Virus record (IMG/VR): IMGVR_UViG_3300039441_000233
Span: 1 to 29,199 of that record
Direction: 5' to 3' (one strand)
From: a virus
Lineage: Duplodnaviria > Caudoviricetes
DNA length: 29,199 bases
The notes beneath the pieces were generated by a model. That model searched no databases. It had not been told where the DNA came from and saw nothing but the letters and a program-made list of their open reading frames with translations. This document shows positions 1-8,452 of this stretch, in pieces. Numbering within the stretch: position 1 is the stretch's first letter; each line of letters starts with the position of its first letter. The position numbers were made by a program, and so were the translations under genes.

Positions 1-1179
1 TTACTCGTCATCATCTTCGGTTTCGTAATCCATATCTGAAAGCATCACCTCGAGCTCTACAGCCGTCGTAAAGCCGTTCCCGCCGACGTTGTGTGTCACC
101 TTGCTGATTATCCACGGTTGCGCGTCTATGACGCTCTTAAAGCCTGACACCCTGACCGGCATTTCCGGGTAAATATCCTCGCGACCGGTCGCCAGCATAA
201 TGGAGAACTCCGCAACGCCACGCTGTAATTTATCCCACTTCGCCTGAGCCGCACGCATCGCTTGCGCCTTTGTTGCGTAAATGGTTGTCAGCGCAAAAAC
301 ATTGTCAGACTCACCGGCCATGTATTCACCCTCGCGGGCTTCCTGCTCTTTCTGCTTTTTGGCCGTGGTTTTACTGCTCACCGGTTTTGCTTTCGGGTGC
401 TGTAGCGCCCGGAGGTGTTGCGCTTTGGACTTACGCTTCAGCTTCACCGCTTGCTTTTGCTTCGCCGGTTTCGGGTCTTTGGTATGCAGCCACTTCGCGG
501 TCACGCCGGTGTAAGCGCCACGGTCGGCAATGGCAAACTGATGCCGGTCGCCGTCACTGCGCTGGATGGTAATTTGAGGAATAGCTTTCCCGCTGGCCGT
601 GGTACCGCTTCCCGCTTTGAGCATCAGCAACCTACCCGCTTTCACCGAGACTGCGCCGCCGTTGCGTTCCGCAAGGCGGGTCAGGAAAACGGCGTCGGAT
701 TCCTGAGACTGGTCGATGTGCGGAATCTGAATACCCGCGAGTGACTGAGCGACGCTGGCCGTTAACGTGTTTCGCTCGGCTATCGTACTGACGATTGCAC
801 CGAGCGTGGTATCGTGCCATGACTCTTCCCGGCGGGAATTGAGTGTTCCGCGAAAATCGGCGCTACGGGCGCGAATGGTCACCGTATCCGGCGCGCCCCG
901 GTGCTCCACCTCATCAACCGTAAACTGCCCCTTACTGACCAGCGAGAAGCCTTTCCACCCGAGATACAGCGACAGCACCGCACCGCGAATCGGTAGTGCG
1001 ACCAGCCCGTCAGTATCGTCGAGCTCGATATCGAGCTGGTCGGCCTCAAATCCCCGGTTGTCCGTCATCGAAAGGTTAATCAGCCGGTCGCTGATATTGC
1101 CGGTGATATCTTTGCTTTCCAGTGTCAGCATAAAATCGGGCGTCAGTGTGGCACCCGCGCCGGTGATAATATCCAGCAT
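1..1179 (-). CDS. D: Phage late control / baseplate hub protein gpD
   Basis: 392 aa; 'MTDNRGFEADQLDIELDD', 'HIDQSQESDAVFLTRLAER' typical of P2 gpD; last gene of the F-E-T-U-D operon. Confidence 0.95.
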   Translation of the reverse strand: MLDIITGAGATLTPDFMLTLESKDITGNISDRLINLSMTDNRGFEADQLDIELDDTDGLVALPIRGAVLSLYLGWKGFSLVSKGQFTVDEVEHRGAPDTVTIRARSADFRGTLNSRREESWHDTTLGAIVSTIAERNTLTASVAQSLAGIQIPHIDQSQESDAVFLTRLAERNGGAVSVKAGRLLMLKAGSGTTASGKAIPQITIQRSDGDRHQFAIADRGAYTGVTAKWLHTKDPKPAKQKQAVKLKRKSKAQHLRALQHPKAKPVSSKTTAKKQKEQEAREGEYMAGESDNVFALTTIYATKAQAMRAAQAKWDKLQRGVAEFSIMLATGREDIYPEMPVRVSGFKSVIDAQPWIISKVTHNVGGNGFTTAVELEVMLSDMDYETEDDDE

Positions 1180-1181
1180 GA

Positions 1182-1646
1182 TTAAGCCCCCACCATCGAC
1201 AGCATATCACCAGCTTTACCGACCAGACTCTCGGCCTGTTTTCCGATATCGCCATACACCGCCGCGAGCGATTCATCGACGCGAGTCAGCGTCAGGGTGA
1301 AGCTGATTTTGCGCGGCGACCCATCCTCAAAAAATACCGTGCCGGTCTCCGACACATTACTGACAACAAACATCCCGTAAATCATCCCCGTCCCGGAAAT
1401 AAGCGGCCACGCCCGCCCCTGCTCAGCCATCGCATACAGCGCCAGCATCGAGAGCTTACCGCCGGTCAGCTCAGGATACAGGTCACCGCTCAGGGTGATT
1501 TTGTCTTCACCCTCGCCGAGATACTGAAAAGCGTCACGCTTCCCGACGCGGGAGTTTGACGCCCAGCTATAATCTGCGCTGCGCTGCATACTCTGATAGG
1601 GCAGCGTCTGACGCATAAAAACAAACATACCTAATGCCAGCATCAT
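1182..1646 (-). CDS. U: Tail protein gpU
   Basis: 154 aa; 'MMLALGMFVF..TLPYQ', 'ITLSGDLYPELTGG'; between T and D. Confidence 0.95.
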   Translation of the reverse strand: MMLALGMFVFMRQTLPYQSMQRSADYSWASNSRVGKRDAFQYLGEGEDKITLSGDLYPELTGGKLSMLALYAMAEQGRAWPLISGTGMIYGMFVVSNVSETGTVFFEDGSPRKISFTLTLTRVDESLAAVYGDIGKQAESLVGKAGDMLSMVGA

Positions 1647-1657
1647 AATCAGTCTCC

Positions 1658-4087
1658 TTAGTCATGCATCATACTTGCGCGGGCTTTGGCGCGTTTCTCA
1701 CGCTCATATTTTTCTAATGCATCCTGCAAATCATTACCCAACCGACCGCCCGGCATACCATTGCCCGGCACGTTGATTTGATAGGTTGGCCGACTCTGGT
1801 CGATGTAGGTTTTACCGGCGGGTGCCGTGACCGGCTGATAGCTGTTGTATGAGCTGATAGCGGGGCTGTAACCGTTCTGCGTCGCCGCACTGGCTTTCGC
1901 CGCGGTCTGGTCAAGCGAGCTGGATTCTTTGTTGATAATGCCGAGTTTTTCGAGCACCCAATCAATCCCGCTTCGCAGCTTGTTAAAGGCGTTAAGTGGC
2001 ATCAGCAGGGAGTCGGCCAGCGCCTGACCGAACAGAACCCCGACATCACGGCAACTGTTCAACGTGTCCTGAGTCGCTTTCACCGGCGCTATCAGGTCTT
2101 TAAACCATTGCCAGACACCGCGAAGCTTTTCGCAGAGACCCTCAAAAACGGGTGCCAGCGGTGCGAACATTTCCCCGACCGGCGCAAAGGCACTCATGAG
2201 CCCCTCGACCACACCGGCAAAGAATGCGCTGACAGGCTCCCAGTATTTACGGATAAGCAGCGCGCCAGCGACCACCGCCGCCGCTACCGCCACGACCGGC
2301 CATGTAATAGCACCGATAGCGGCAATAATCCCGCCACTGATTGTCGTGAAGACCGCGCCAAGCGCGCCAGCCGCCGCAATGATGGCGTTAATACCGGTAA
2401 TGACCGGCCACGAAACAAGACCAATGGCACCAATCATCCCCACAATACCGACCGCCGCCGCCGTAACGACACCTAATGTAGTTGCAAGCGATTTGTTTTT
2501 TTGAATCCACCCGTCAAGTTTCAATACATAGCCTGTCGCTGTTTGCACCAGCTTACGCAAGGATGACTCTTGCTGGTCAAACAGGTCAGTTCCTGCCGCT
2601 TCATACGCTGACTGAAACTCTTTAAAATCGCCCCCGAGGTTATCTTGCATAACCTTCACTAGCTCGGCGGTTTTGCCATCTGATGCTTTAAGGGAAGCAG
2701 TAAGCTGGTCTAATTTTCCGCTTGAGGCGGCGGTCATGAGCACCGCCGCTGCTGAGCTGGCCTCTTCACCAAATATGGTTTTCATGTATTCAGCGCGCTG
2801 GCCGGTGCCGAGTTTGTTTTTTTCGAAACTCCGCTGCATTTCTTTCAGGATGGTGAAAATTGGGCGGGTATTCCCTTTGCCGTCGGCCGTTTTTACGCCG
2901 AGTTCTTTGATTGCGTCGTACGCCTTGCCCGTCGGAGCCTGTAATCGACTCAGTACCGCGCGGCTACCGGTACCCGCCATCGAGCCGGTAATTTTCGCAT
3001 CATGCAACGCGCCAACCATTGCGGCCGTTTCTTCAATACTGACCCCGGCATTTTTCGCCACCGGCGCGGCATAGGTCAGGGCATCACTCAGGCCGTCAAA
3101 GTCGGCGGCGGTTTTGTTCATCGTCATCGACAGAACATCACCGATATGGGCGACCTTATCGTTAGAGAGCTGGAACGCCGAACGCATCCCCATCAACAGC
3201 CCGGCGTTCTCTTCCATCGTCCGGCGGTTTGCGAGCGCCATATCGAGCGTGACGGGTGTAGCCGCCTGAATTGCGGCAGAATCACCACCTGCTTTAGCAA
3301 TAATAATCTGTGCGCCAGCGGCATCATCAGCCGACGCGGCGGTGTTGTCGCCGAGCTGGCGCGCCTGTTTGCGGAGCGCCACCATATCCGCGGAGTCTTT
3401 GGCAACACCGAGAACAGCCTGAAGCTCTGAGTTTTTCTGAGCAAAATCATAACCGGGCTTCATCAGTGCCACACCGGCAAGCGCGCCGGTTGTTGCCATC
3501 CCCACCCCGGCAGCGCCCGTCGATGCCGCATTGCCCGCCAGCACCTTTCCTGCCTGATAGCGTTTTTGTACTGTGCTGAGTTTCGCCTGTTGCGCACTGA
3601 CCCGCGCCAGTGCTTCACGCTGGCGGTTAAGTTGTGCGGTGGTTTCATTGACAGCGTTTTTCAGGCGGCTTTCATCATTCGACAGATTGCGCGTATTAAT
3701 CCCCGCTTTGCCGAGCTCGGTCTGTTGCCGCTTAACTGACTGCGTGAGGCTGTTGTATTTCGTCTGCAACCCATCAGCCGCGCGTTTCACTGACTCCAGC
3801 ACTCTGGCCTGTGCCGCTGTTGGTCGTTCCGTGTTTTTAAACTGCACCGCCAGCGCTTCAGCTTCCTGTTTTGCTTTTTCCAGTGCCTGACCGGTTACCG
3901 CCAGTTGTGCACTGGTTTTCCGAAAACCGTCGATTTTCGATGCCTGACCATTCAAATCACGCAGGGATTGCTGAGTCGTGCGGATATCACCAGACAGCGA
4001 TTTGCTCGCCATCTGGATCGCTTTAAAGGGTCGGGTCGCCTGGTCGACAGCTTTCAGCAGCACTTCGAGTTTGAGGTTATTACTCAT
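1658..4087 (-). CDS. T: Tail tape measure protein gpT (809 aa from ATG 4087)
   Basis: Ala-rich coiled N-terminus, tape-measure core ('LTYAAPVAKNAGVSIEETAAMVGAL'), hydrophobic segment. Start moved from ORF-track 4120 to ATG 4087 (MSNNLKLEVLL), overlapping the E' end. Confidence 0.95.
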   Translation of the reverse strand: MSNNLKLEVLLKAVDQATRPFKAIQMASKSLSGDIRTTQQSLRDLNGQASKIDGFRKTSAQLAVTGQALEKAKQEAEALAVQFKNTERPTAAQARVLESVKRAADGLQTKYNSLTQSVKRQQTELGKAGINTRNLSNDESRLKNAVNETTAQLNRQREALARVSAQQAKLSTVQKRYQAGKVLAGNAASTGAAGVGMATTGALAGVALMKPGYDFAQKNSELQAVLGVAKDSADMVALRKQARQLGDNTAASADDAAGAQIIIAKAGGDSAAIQAATPVTLDMALANRRTMEENAGLLMGMRSAFQLSNDKVAHIGDVLSMTMNKTAADFDGLSDALTYAAPVAKNAGVSIEETAAMVGALHDAKITGSMAGTGSRAVLSRLQAPTGKAYDAIKELGVKTADGKGNTRPIFTILKEMQRSFEKNKLGTGQRAEYMKTIFGEEASSAAAVLMTAASSGKLDQLTASLKASDGKTAELVKVMQDNLGGDFKEFQSAYEAAGTDLFDQQESSLRKLVQTATGYVLKLDGWIQKNKSLATTLGVVTAAAVGIVGMIGAIGLVSWPVITGINAIIAAAGALGAVFTTISGGIIAAIGAITWPVVAVAAAVVAGALLIRKYWEPVSAFFAGVVEGLMSAFAPVGEMFAPLAPVFEGLCEKLRGVWQWFKDLIAPVKATQDTLNSCRDVGVLFGQALADSLLMPLNAFNKLRSGIDWVLEKLGIINKESSSLDQTAAKASAATQNGYSPAISSYNSYQPVTAPAGKTYIDQSRPTYQINVPGNGMPGGRLGNDLQDALEKYEREKRAKARASMMHD

Positions 4088-4513
4088 TCGTGTTTCCGCT
4101 TCGCTGTAGCGCTTTTTCACGCCAGTTGACGAGCTCGGTCAGGCTCATGGGATAAAGGTCTGATGGCGACCAGTGGAAAATTACCGCTATGTCAGCCATC
4201 AGGTCATCGACCGAGAGTTTTTTCGGAAAGGTTACGCCGCCGAACTCGGAGACAAAAAACCGACCACCTTGCCAGCAAACGACAGCAGGTCGGGCAACTC
4301 CAGCGCGGCGGCTTCCTGTTCGGTCAGTGACGGCATGGTCATGCGCGGCAGCACTTTAATCAGCGCATCGACGTCAGAGTTTGCGACAGATGCCAGGCTG
4401 ACACCGCGAAGGGTTCCGGCATTCGGTTTTAACAGAGTGACGTCGGTAATTACCTGCTCGCCGCGCTTAATCGGGGTATTCAGAGTGACGATGTTTTCGT
4501 TAGTTTTTTCCAT
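4080..4513 (-). CDS. E': gpE+E' tail chaperone made by programmed -1 frameshift (E' portion 4080-~4253)
   Basis: Slippery TTTTTTG on minus strand at 4259-4253; -1 frame is open and reads ...LSVDDLMADIAVIFHWSPSDLYPMSLTELVNWREKALQRSGNTNE* to TAA at 4080, the P2 E' signature. Absent from the ORF track. Confidence 0.9.
4232..4513 (-). CDS. E: Tail assembly chaperone gpE
   Basis: 93 aa; 'VTLNTPIKRGEQVITDVTLLKPNAGTLRGVSL'; ends 'GKVVGFL'. Confidence 0.93.
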   Translation of the reverse strand: MEKTNENIVTLNTPIKRGEQVITDVTLLKPNAGTLRGVSLASVANSDVDALIKVLPRMTMPSLTEQEAAALELPDLLSFAGKVVGFLSPSSAA

Positions 4514-4544
4514 GATACTTTCTCGTTAAATTCAGGTTTCAGGA

Positions 4545-4572
4545 TGCCCGGCCAGCCGTGCTGACCGGGGCA
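4545..4572 (-). terminator. GC-rich hairpin between FII and E (partial terminator or mRNA stabiliser)
   Basis: Minus strand TGCCCCGGTCAGC-ACG-GCTGGCCGGGCA; no good U-tract, so function uncertain. Confidence 0.45.
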
Positions 4573-4576
4573 GAAA

Positions 4577-5095
4577 TTACAGGCCGATATTTTGTCGGTG
4601 CGCCTCGAGCATGTCGGTACCATTCACTTTTTCGATGAGGTTCACCGTGTCGATTTCCACCAGTTCCGAGCCGTTCATCGTCAGCCTGAAGTAAGTGCAC
4701 GCGAGAGAGATTTTCGACTCGGTGTCTTCGCCCTGTTTGGCTTCGCCGAGGTCGATTTCTTTCTGACGGCCACGGAGAACAACCTCGACCGGTACGGTCT
4801 CGCCGGTATCATCACGCTGGTAAGACCCGGCAAAACGCAGCGGCACGGACGCCGCACCGGTGGCAGCGTATAACGACCAGATAGCGTCATCAGGGAAGCC
4901 GCCGAGCGAGATTTCAGCCGACAGTGCATCATCATCGAGGCCGAGGTCGACCGGTGCCGGGCCATTCATCCCGCCGCCGCGATAGTTCTCGAGCTTGCGG
5001 GTTAATTTCGGCAGCGTGACGGATTGCACGACGCCGAGATAACTCACCCCGTCGATAAACAGGTTCATGAGTTTGAGCTTGCGCGGTAATGCCAT
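4577..5095 (-). CDS. FII: Major tail tube protein gpFII
   Basis: 172 aa; 'MALPRKLKLMNLF', 'LPKLTRKLENYRGGGM'. Confidence 0.96.
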   Translation of the reverse strand: MALPRKLKLMNLFIDGVSYLGVVQSVTLPKLTRKLENYRGGGMNGPAPVDLGLDDDALSAEISLGGFPDDAIWSLYAATGAASVPLRFAGSYQRDDTGETVPVEVVLRGRQKEIDLGEAKQGEDTESKISLACTYFRLTMNGSELVEIDTVNLIEKVNGTDMLEAHRQNIGL

Positions 5096-5107
5096 TGGTC
5101 AGGCTCC

Positions 5108-6295
5108 TTATTTGCTGTTAACTGACGAAATAAGATTCGCCAGATATTTGTCGGTGATGCGCTGACGCAGGGTCAGACGTTCAAGCGGCGGTACCGGCGT
5201 ATAGTCGTAGTCGATGAGCAACTGACCGGCTTTCAGGGTCTCTTTGCTGTTAGCTTCGGGGTCAAACCAGCATTTCGCATCGATGATGTAACCGCCGGTT
5301 TTCAGCTCGCGGAATTTCGCGTTGATACCGTCGATGATGTCGTTAATCAGCGTGGCGGTGATCGGCTTGTCGACCGCCCACATATGGCCCTCGGCCATCG
5401 TATCGGCGATGACCTGCGCGGTGCGGGTGTAGTTTTCAAACTGAAACAGCGGGTCATCAGAACAGGTACGATTACCCCAGAAGCGGAAACCATTTTCCCG
5501 AATCAGCGTCGTGATACCTGCTTCGTTGAGCAGGTCGGCGTCGGTGCCTTTTTCCTGCAAATCCCAGAAAACGGATGCGCTGATGCCAGTGGCCTCATTG
5601 ACGCCAACGTTTGACAGGGTTTTATGCCAGCCTGTGTCATTGTCGATTTTGGCACGCAGACCCAGCGCGATGGCGCTCGCGTAACTGGTTGTCGTGGCGT
5701 TGGTCGTGGTATCCCACCCGAGGAAATCAGGCCAGATAAGCATGAGCTCGCGACCGCTGAAGTTTTTGCGATAAGCGATAACGTCCGAAATAGTTTTGCA
5801 GCCCCATGCATTGGCATAGGCGAAAGCGCGGAGCTTCTGAGCCACTGAGACAAGTGCGGTCGTGACTTCCTGTGTATCGAGGCCCGGCACGCCAAGAATA
5901 CGGGGTTTTACGCCGGTGACCGCTTTTGCCGTTAACAGCGCTTTCAGCCCAGTGTAATTGCCGTTCTCATCCGTGGTGCCGATGATGTTAGAAATGGTCT
6001 GCGCCTGTGCCTCTTCGTCGTCGCCTGTTCCCTCTGCGACGCGTACGACAACGACAACCGGTTTTGACTGGTTAGCGATGAGCTGTAAGGATTTTGCAAG
6101 AGTACCTTTGGTACCGGCTTTCGCGATGGCGTTTTGTGGGCTGGTAATCAGTACCGGCTTATTGAGCGGGAATGCCCCGGCGTCAGCATCACTGGCCGTG
6201 CAGACCATGCCGACAACCGCCGTTGATACCGTCGAGATTGTGCGGGTGCCATCGTTAAGCTCGATGACCTCGACACCGTGATGATAATCACTCAT
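5108..6295 (-). CDS. FI: Tail sheath protein gpFI
   Basis: 395 aa; 'MSDYHHGVEV', 'GFRFWGNRTCSDDPLFQFENYTRTAQ', 'DYDYTPVPPLE'. Confidence 0.97.
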   Translation of the reverse strand: MSDYHHGVEVIELNDGTRTISTVSTAVVGMVCTASDADAGAFPLNKPVLITSPQNAIAKAGTKGTLAKSLQLIANQSKPVVVVVRVAEGTGDDEEAQAQTISNIIGTTDENGNYTGLKALLTAKAVTGVKPRILGVPGLDTQEVTTALVSVAQKLRAFAYANAWGCKTISDVIAYRKNFSGRELMLIWPDFLGWDTTTNATTTSYASAIALGLRAKIDNDTGWHKTLSNVGVNEATGISASVFWDLQEKGTDADLLNEAGITTLIRENGFRFWGNRTCSDDPLFQFENYTRTAQVIADTMAEGHMWAVDKPITATLINDIIDGINAKFRELKTGGYIIDAKCWFDPEANSKETLKAGQLLIDYDYTPVPPLERLTLRQRITDKYLANLISSVNSK

Positions 6296-6359
6296 CCGTT
6301 TAACTCCGTTAGGTTGGGTGAGTGATATTGTCTGGTGTGCACCTGTATGCGGCTATTTG

Positions 6360-6938
6360 TCAGGGTTCGGCGGTGGCTGACACAACGGGATTAGTCGCCG
6401 GGAATTTTTTATACAGCGTCGATATGCCCACATCAAAAATTATCGCGACACGCTGGCGGGATTCTCCGGCGGCAATCAGCCGCCCGGCCTGAGCCCATTC
6501 GTCTGGTGTCAGCTTTGGCCTGCGTCCTCCGATTCTTCCCTGTGCGCGAGCGGCATCGAGCCCGGCGCGGGTGCGCTCGACAATTAACTCGCGTTCCATT
6601 TCCGCAAGAGCGCCCATGATATGGAAGAAAAAACGCCCCATCGGTGTTGATGTATCGATACTGTCGGTCAGGCTTCGGAAATTTACGCCGCGCTGGCGAA
6701 GTTCTTCGGTCATCGAGACAAGGTGGCGCATGCTACGACCGAGCCGGTCGAGCTTCCAGACTACCAGCGTATCACCGGCCTGAAGTCGTTTAAGGGCGCG
6801 ATTGAGCCCCGGCCTGTTGGTCGATTTGCCGCTGATTTTATCCTCGAAAATTAGCTCACATCCCGACCGTTCCAGCGCGTCACGCTGTAGGGCGGTGTTT
6901 TGCTCATTTGTTGATACGCGCACATAGCCAACCTGCAT
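6360..6938 (-). CDS. DNA invertase (Hin/Gin/Pin serine recombinase), 192 aa
   Basis: 'GYVRVST' catalytic Ser, 'VVWKLDRLGRS', 'IDTSTPMGRFFFHIMGALAEMERELIVERT', 'GRIGGRRPKL', C-terminal HTH. ATG 6938 preceded by GAGGG (ORF-track start 7073 is too long). Confidence 0.96.
   Translation of the reverse strand: MQVGYVRVSTNEQNTALQRDALERSGCELIFEDKISGKSTNRPGLNRALKRLQAGDTLVVWKLDRLGRSMRHLVSMTEELRQRGVNFRSLTDSIDTSTPMGRFFFHIMGALAEMERELIVERTRAGLDAARAQGRIGGRRPKLTPDEWAQAGRLIAAGESRQRVAIIFDVGISTLYKKFPATNPVVSATAEP
6367..6386 (-). promoter_or_regulatory. Putative Ogr/B-family activator site of the late F promoter
   Basis: Minus strand GTTGTGTCAGCCACCGCCGA followed by ACCCTGACAAATAGCC, upstream of FI. Degenerate TGT-N12-ACA; shares GTTGTGT with the V and O/P upstream regions; overlaps the invertase 3' end. 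Confidence 0.6.
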
Positions 6939-6992
6939 CTGTTTTCCCTCAAGCAAAAGCCCGAATGATGCCAGCCATGCGGGAAAACTGCA

Positions 6993-7018
6993 TTTTCTTA
7001 AACGTTGGTTTGGGAGAT
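6993..7018 (+). repeat. Left invertase crossover site (hix/gix-like, 26 bp)
   Basis: TTTTCTTAAACG-TT-GGTTTGGGAGAT, matching hix/gix geometry (AAAC-n-core-GGTTT); 55 bp from the invertase ATG. Confidence 0.8.
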
Positions 7019-7474
7019 GGCTCAGCTTTACCTGTTGGCGTCCCGGTTCCATGGCCGACAGCAACAGCCCCAACGGGATGGCTGAAATGCAACGGCGCAG
7101 CGTTTACAGCGGCGCAATACCCAAAACTGGCACGGGTTTACCCTGCGCTGGTTTTGCCTGATTTACGGGCTGAGTTTATTCGGGGCTGGGATGATGGGCG
7201 CGGGATTGATTCTTCGCGTGTCCTTCTGTCAAGTCAGAAGGGGAGCGTTATTCCTGGCGATGATGGTTTATCTACTCCAAACGTAGTGGGTATTAATAAC
7301 TTACTGAATAGCACTGCGCTGTGGGGAATGGACACGGCGACTGCCGCAGAAATGACCGGGTGTTATATCGCGGTGATTGCGTCAACCAACAGCAGCAATA
7401 CCATTCAGACAAACATAGCCGGCATTGCTCGCCCGCGTAATATTGCGTTTAACTACATCGTGAGGGCTGCATAA
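7007..7474 (+). CDS. Silent alternative tail-fibre C-terminal module (collar domain + tip, 155 aa), expressed only after inversion
   Basis: 'GLGDGSALPVGVPVPWPTATAPTGWLKCNGAAF..YPKLA..LPDLRAEFIRGWDDGRGID' tail-collar motif and 'RPRNIAFNYIVRAA' end. No credible own start; fibre-like sequence begins at the crossover. Confidence 0.88.
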   Translation, partial: GLGDGSALPVGVPVPWPTATAPTGWLKCNGAAFTAAQYPKLARVYPALVLPDLRAEFIRGWDDGRGIDSSRVLLSSQKGSVIPGDDGLSTPNVVGINNLLNSTALWGMDTATAAEMTGCYIAVIASTNSSNTIQTNIAGIARPRNIAFNYIVRAA

Positions 7475-8073
7475 TGGCGAAGGCTATTTTAGATAACAAT
7501 AATATTGCTACTGCGGCTGGTGATATCACTGTATTTAACTTCGATGGCGGGACACGAGAATATCTTTCTTCGTCAGTTGAATATCTGGCTGTAGGCGTTG
7601 GCGTTCCTGCTCACTCATGCCCTGACGCACCGGGGGACGGCAAAGAGGGGTATGTCATTTGCCGCACGGCAGACCTGACCGCATGGGAGTACGCCGCTGA
7701 CCATCGGGGGGAAACGGTCTGGAGTACCAGCACCAGAAAACCGATGATGATATCCATGCCGGGTGATTACCCGGAAGGTGTCACCCCACTGGCACCGGCA
7801 ACATCATACGATAAGTGGAACGGCAGCGAGTGGGTGACGGATACCAGCGCACAGCACGCGGCGGAAGTGGATGCAGCGGAACAGCAGAAAACGGCGTTAC
7901 TGGCTGAAGCCTCTGCGGTTATCGTGCCGCTGTCAGACGCTGCGGCAGGTGGCTATATCGATGATGCCGACAAACCAAAGCTTGCCGCATGGCAGCGGTA
8001 CCGCTACGGACTGACGAAGGTTGATACCAGCACAGCACCTGCCATTAGCTGGCCCGTTAAACCGGCTGCGTAG
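7474..8073 (+). CDS. Tail fibre assembly chaperone (Tfa/gpG-like) for the alternative tip
   Basis: 199 aa; 'AGDITVFNFD..TREYL', 'DHRGETVW', 'YDKWNGSEWVTD', C-terminal 'WQRYR..L.KVDTSTAPAISWP'; TAATG-coupled to the upstream module. Confidence 0.9.
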   Translation: MAKAILDNNNIATAAGDITVFNFDGGTREYLSSSVEYLAVGVGVPAHSCPDAPGDGKEGYVICRTADLTAWEYAADHRGETVWSTSTRKPMMISMPGDYPEGVTPLAPATSYDKWNGSEWVTDTSAQHAAEVDAAEQQKTALLAEASAVIVPLSDAAAGGYIDDADKPKLAAWQRYRYGLTKVDTSTAPAISWPVKPAA

Positions 8074-8452
8074 GCCATTCAACATCGGGGACTTTGGATG
8101 TATCGACACGCATCAACAGCACCCGGTATTTCTTCCATTCAGCCAGCGCGGCGGCTTCCTCCGCCGTCGCTATCCCAGCATCAACGGCATCATGTCGCCA
8201 TGAAATTTCAGATTCAGCGGTCTGACGTAATGCTGCTTTCTGCTGTTCAGCCTGCGTAATCAGTTCCTCTGGTGTCGGCTCTGGTACCGCAGGCGCAGTG
8301 AAAATACCGTCAGCATATGCCCAGCCAGGACCCACGTCCTCACCGTCAATATTCACAACGTCAACATCTGGAAACAGCCCAGTTGCCTGTTCTGCCTGCT
8401 CGCAAACGACAATATTTTCTACAGTGCCAGTGCTGATTAGTGCATATCTCAT
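8057..8452 (-). CDS. Tail fibre assembly chaperone for the current (Gly-rich) tip
   Basis: 131 aa; C-terminal 'LAEWKKYRVLLMRVDTSKVPDVEWP' Tfa motif; TAATG-coupled to H. Confidence 0.88.
   Translation of the reverse strand: MRYALISTGTVENIVVCEQAEQATGLFPDVDVVNIDGEDVGPGWAYADGIFTAPAVPEPTPEELITQAEQQKAALRQTAESEISWRHDAVDAGIATAEEAAALAEWKKYRVLLMRVDTSKVPDVEWPTQPV

Noticed and set aside
6908-7006. N-terminal 33 codons of ORF 6908..7474 as a standalone gene start
   Set aside because: TTG start inside the invertase gene on the opposite strand; fibre-like sequence only begins at the crossover, so it is a silent cassette rather than a gene or pseudogene.
6939-7073. 45-aa N-terminal extension of the invertase
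   Set aside because: Crosses the recombination site; family similarity and an RBS point to ATG 6938.
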